Assembly (NCBI GenBank): GCA_039793395.1
Contig: JBAMLV010000020.1
Span: 4,418 to 68,417, forward strand
Length of the DNA: 64,000 nucleotides
Origin: a bacterium
Lineage (GTDB): Bacteria; Hydrothermota; Tepidihabitantia; Tepidihabitantales; Tepidihabitantaceae
Direction: 5' to 3'
Notes under the pieces: model-generated
What the model was told of the DNA's origin: nothing
What the model saw: only the letters and a program-made list of their open reading frames with translations
Database searches by the model: none
Part shown: positions 63,250 through 64,000 of the stretch, one piece after another
How the letters are laid out: each line of letters opens with the position of its first letter
How positions within the stretch are numbered: position 1 is the stretch's first letter
Position numbers and translations under genes: made by a program

Positions 63250-64000
63250 ATGGGGTTTACTGATTTACCGCTCATCCGCTCACTCAGTAATTTCTTCCGG
63301 TCCACCTTTATCCGGGAGAAACCATTTGTGTGGCAGCCGGGGCGGATTGGGCCCAGGTTTGACTGGCTGGACCACACCCATATTCTGATTCGCGAAGGGC
63401 CGCTTGCCAACAAAGAGATGGAAATTGTTACCGAGATATTCCCGACCAAGGCGAATGTGTTTGTTTCTATGGACGGGGAGAAGATTGGCCGGACCTATAT
63501 TGAAAGAGATCCGCCCGGGGTCGGGGTTATCCTCTGGGACATCGCGGTCAAAGAGGGATACCGCCGGAAGGGCATCGCCTCCATCATGACCTATGTGATT
63601 TTCCGGGAACTGCTTTCAATGCAGAAGACCGCCTTTTTCAAAATCCGGATGATGCGGCTGATGAAGCCGGCGGAGAAAAATATTGAACTGCAGAATGTCG
63701 GCATCGGGGTTATCGGCAACCGGCTCGGCTTCACCCCGGAATTCAACCTGGACCGGCTGCTCCGGCCGGACAATATTGTCAGCCTGGAGGTGCTGCCGGC
63801 GAAGGGCGAATTTCCGCCCAGTTTCAAGATTGTCATCAAAACCTTTCCGCTGGTGCTGATTGCCTTTGTGCTGGATACGGATACACTGAAACCGGTGGAC
63901 GATTTCCGCACCTATGTCCAGCTGACCAAGGACGAATCAACCATTTACAACTGGGTGCGCCGGGGGCTGATTGTCGTCGGCAATGGCAACTACTGGCTGC
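63250..64000 (+). CDS. Hypothetical protein with GNAT-like motif A, 3'-truncated
   Basis: Open frame from ATG 63250 to window end (absent from ORF track, no stop); LWDIAVKEGYRRKGIAS resembles an acetyl-CoA-binding motif. Confidence 0.7.
   Translation, partial: MGFTDLPLIRSLSNFFRSTFIREKPFVWQPGRIGPRFDWLDHTHILIREGPLANKEMEIVTEIFPTKANVFVSMDGEKIGRTYIERDPPGVGVILWDIAVKEGYRRKGIASIMTYVIFRELLSMQKTAFFKIRMMRLMKPAEKNIELQNVGIGVIGNRLGFTPEFNLDRLLRPDNIVSLEVLPAKGEFPPSFKIVIKTFPLVLIAFVLDTDTLKPVDDFRTYVQLTKDESTIYNWVRRGLIVVGNGNYWL

Noticed and set aside
1-64000. UGA read-through selenoproteins in this window
   Set aside because: Recognised genes appear complete at their stops; I saw no TGA at a catalytic Cys position. 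Not exhaustive without a bSECIS search.

Overview
Gene-dense, moderately high-GC bacterial DNA from a diderm anaerobe. The gene content (C25 gingipain with CARDB and Kelch-like repeats, several proteins with T9SS-like C-terminal tails, Mbh/Mrp hydrogenase, Rnf) suggests candidate phylum WOR-3 or a related lineage; this is inference, not a database result. Left to right: (1) a type IV pilus/T2SS-like locus with ABC transporter, four pilins, PilMN fusion, PilO, two PilP-like genes, PilQ, PilT, PilD; (2) OmpA-domain protein, DRG-type GTPase, DUF1015, serA; (3) an 1824-aa gingipain-like protease; (4) hutH whose cofactor triad is Ala-Cys-Gly instead of Ala-Ser-Gly, Mut7-C, double-domain thyX; (5) an 18-gene operon joining a HydB/HydG(AsrAB)-like NAD(P)H module and a cofactor-degenerate NuoG/Fdh-like subunit to a group 4 [NiFe] hydrogenase with three antiporter-like subunits and a full Mrp set; (6) a convergent rnfCDGEAB operon; (7) MBL hydrolase, dat, birA-coaX-NYN-tsaB; (8) tRNA-Sec sandwiched between a beta-propeller gene and a porin gene; (9) a TPR protein and a truncated GNAT-like gene. 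Strongest leads: the NAD(P)H-coupled Mbh-Mrp complex, the ACG-type ammonia-lyase, the acidic aromatic-rich pilin, and a recurring 16-bp-spacer promoter class in front of leaderless or near-leaderless genes. No CRISPR array, rRNA, transposase or integrase was seen. All family calls are by-eye motif recognition; no searches were run.
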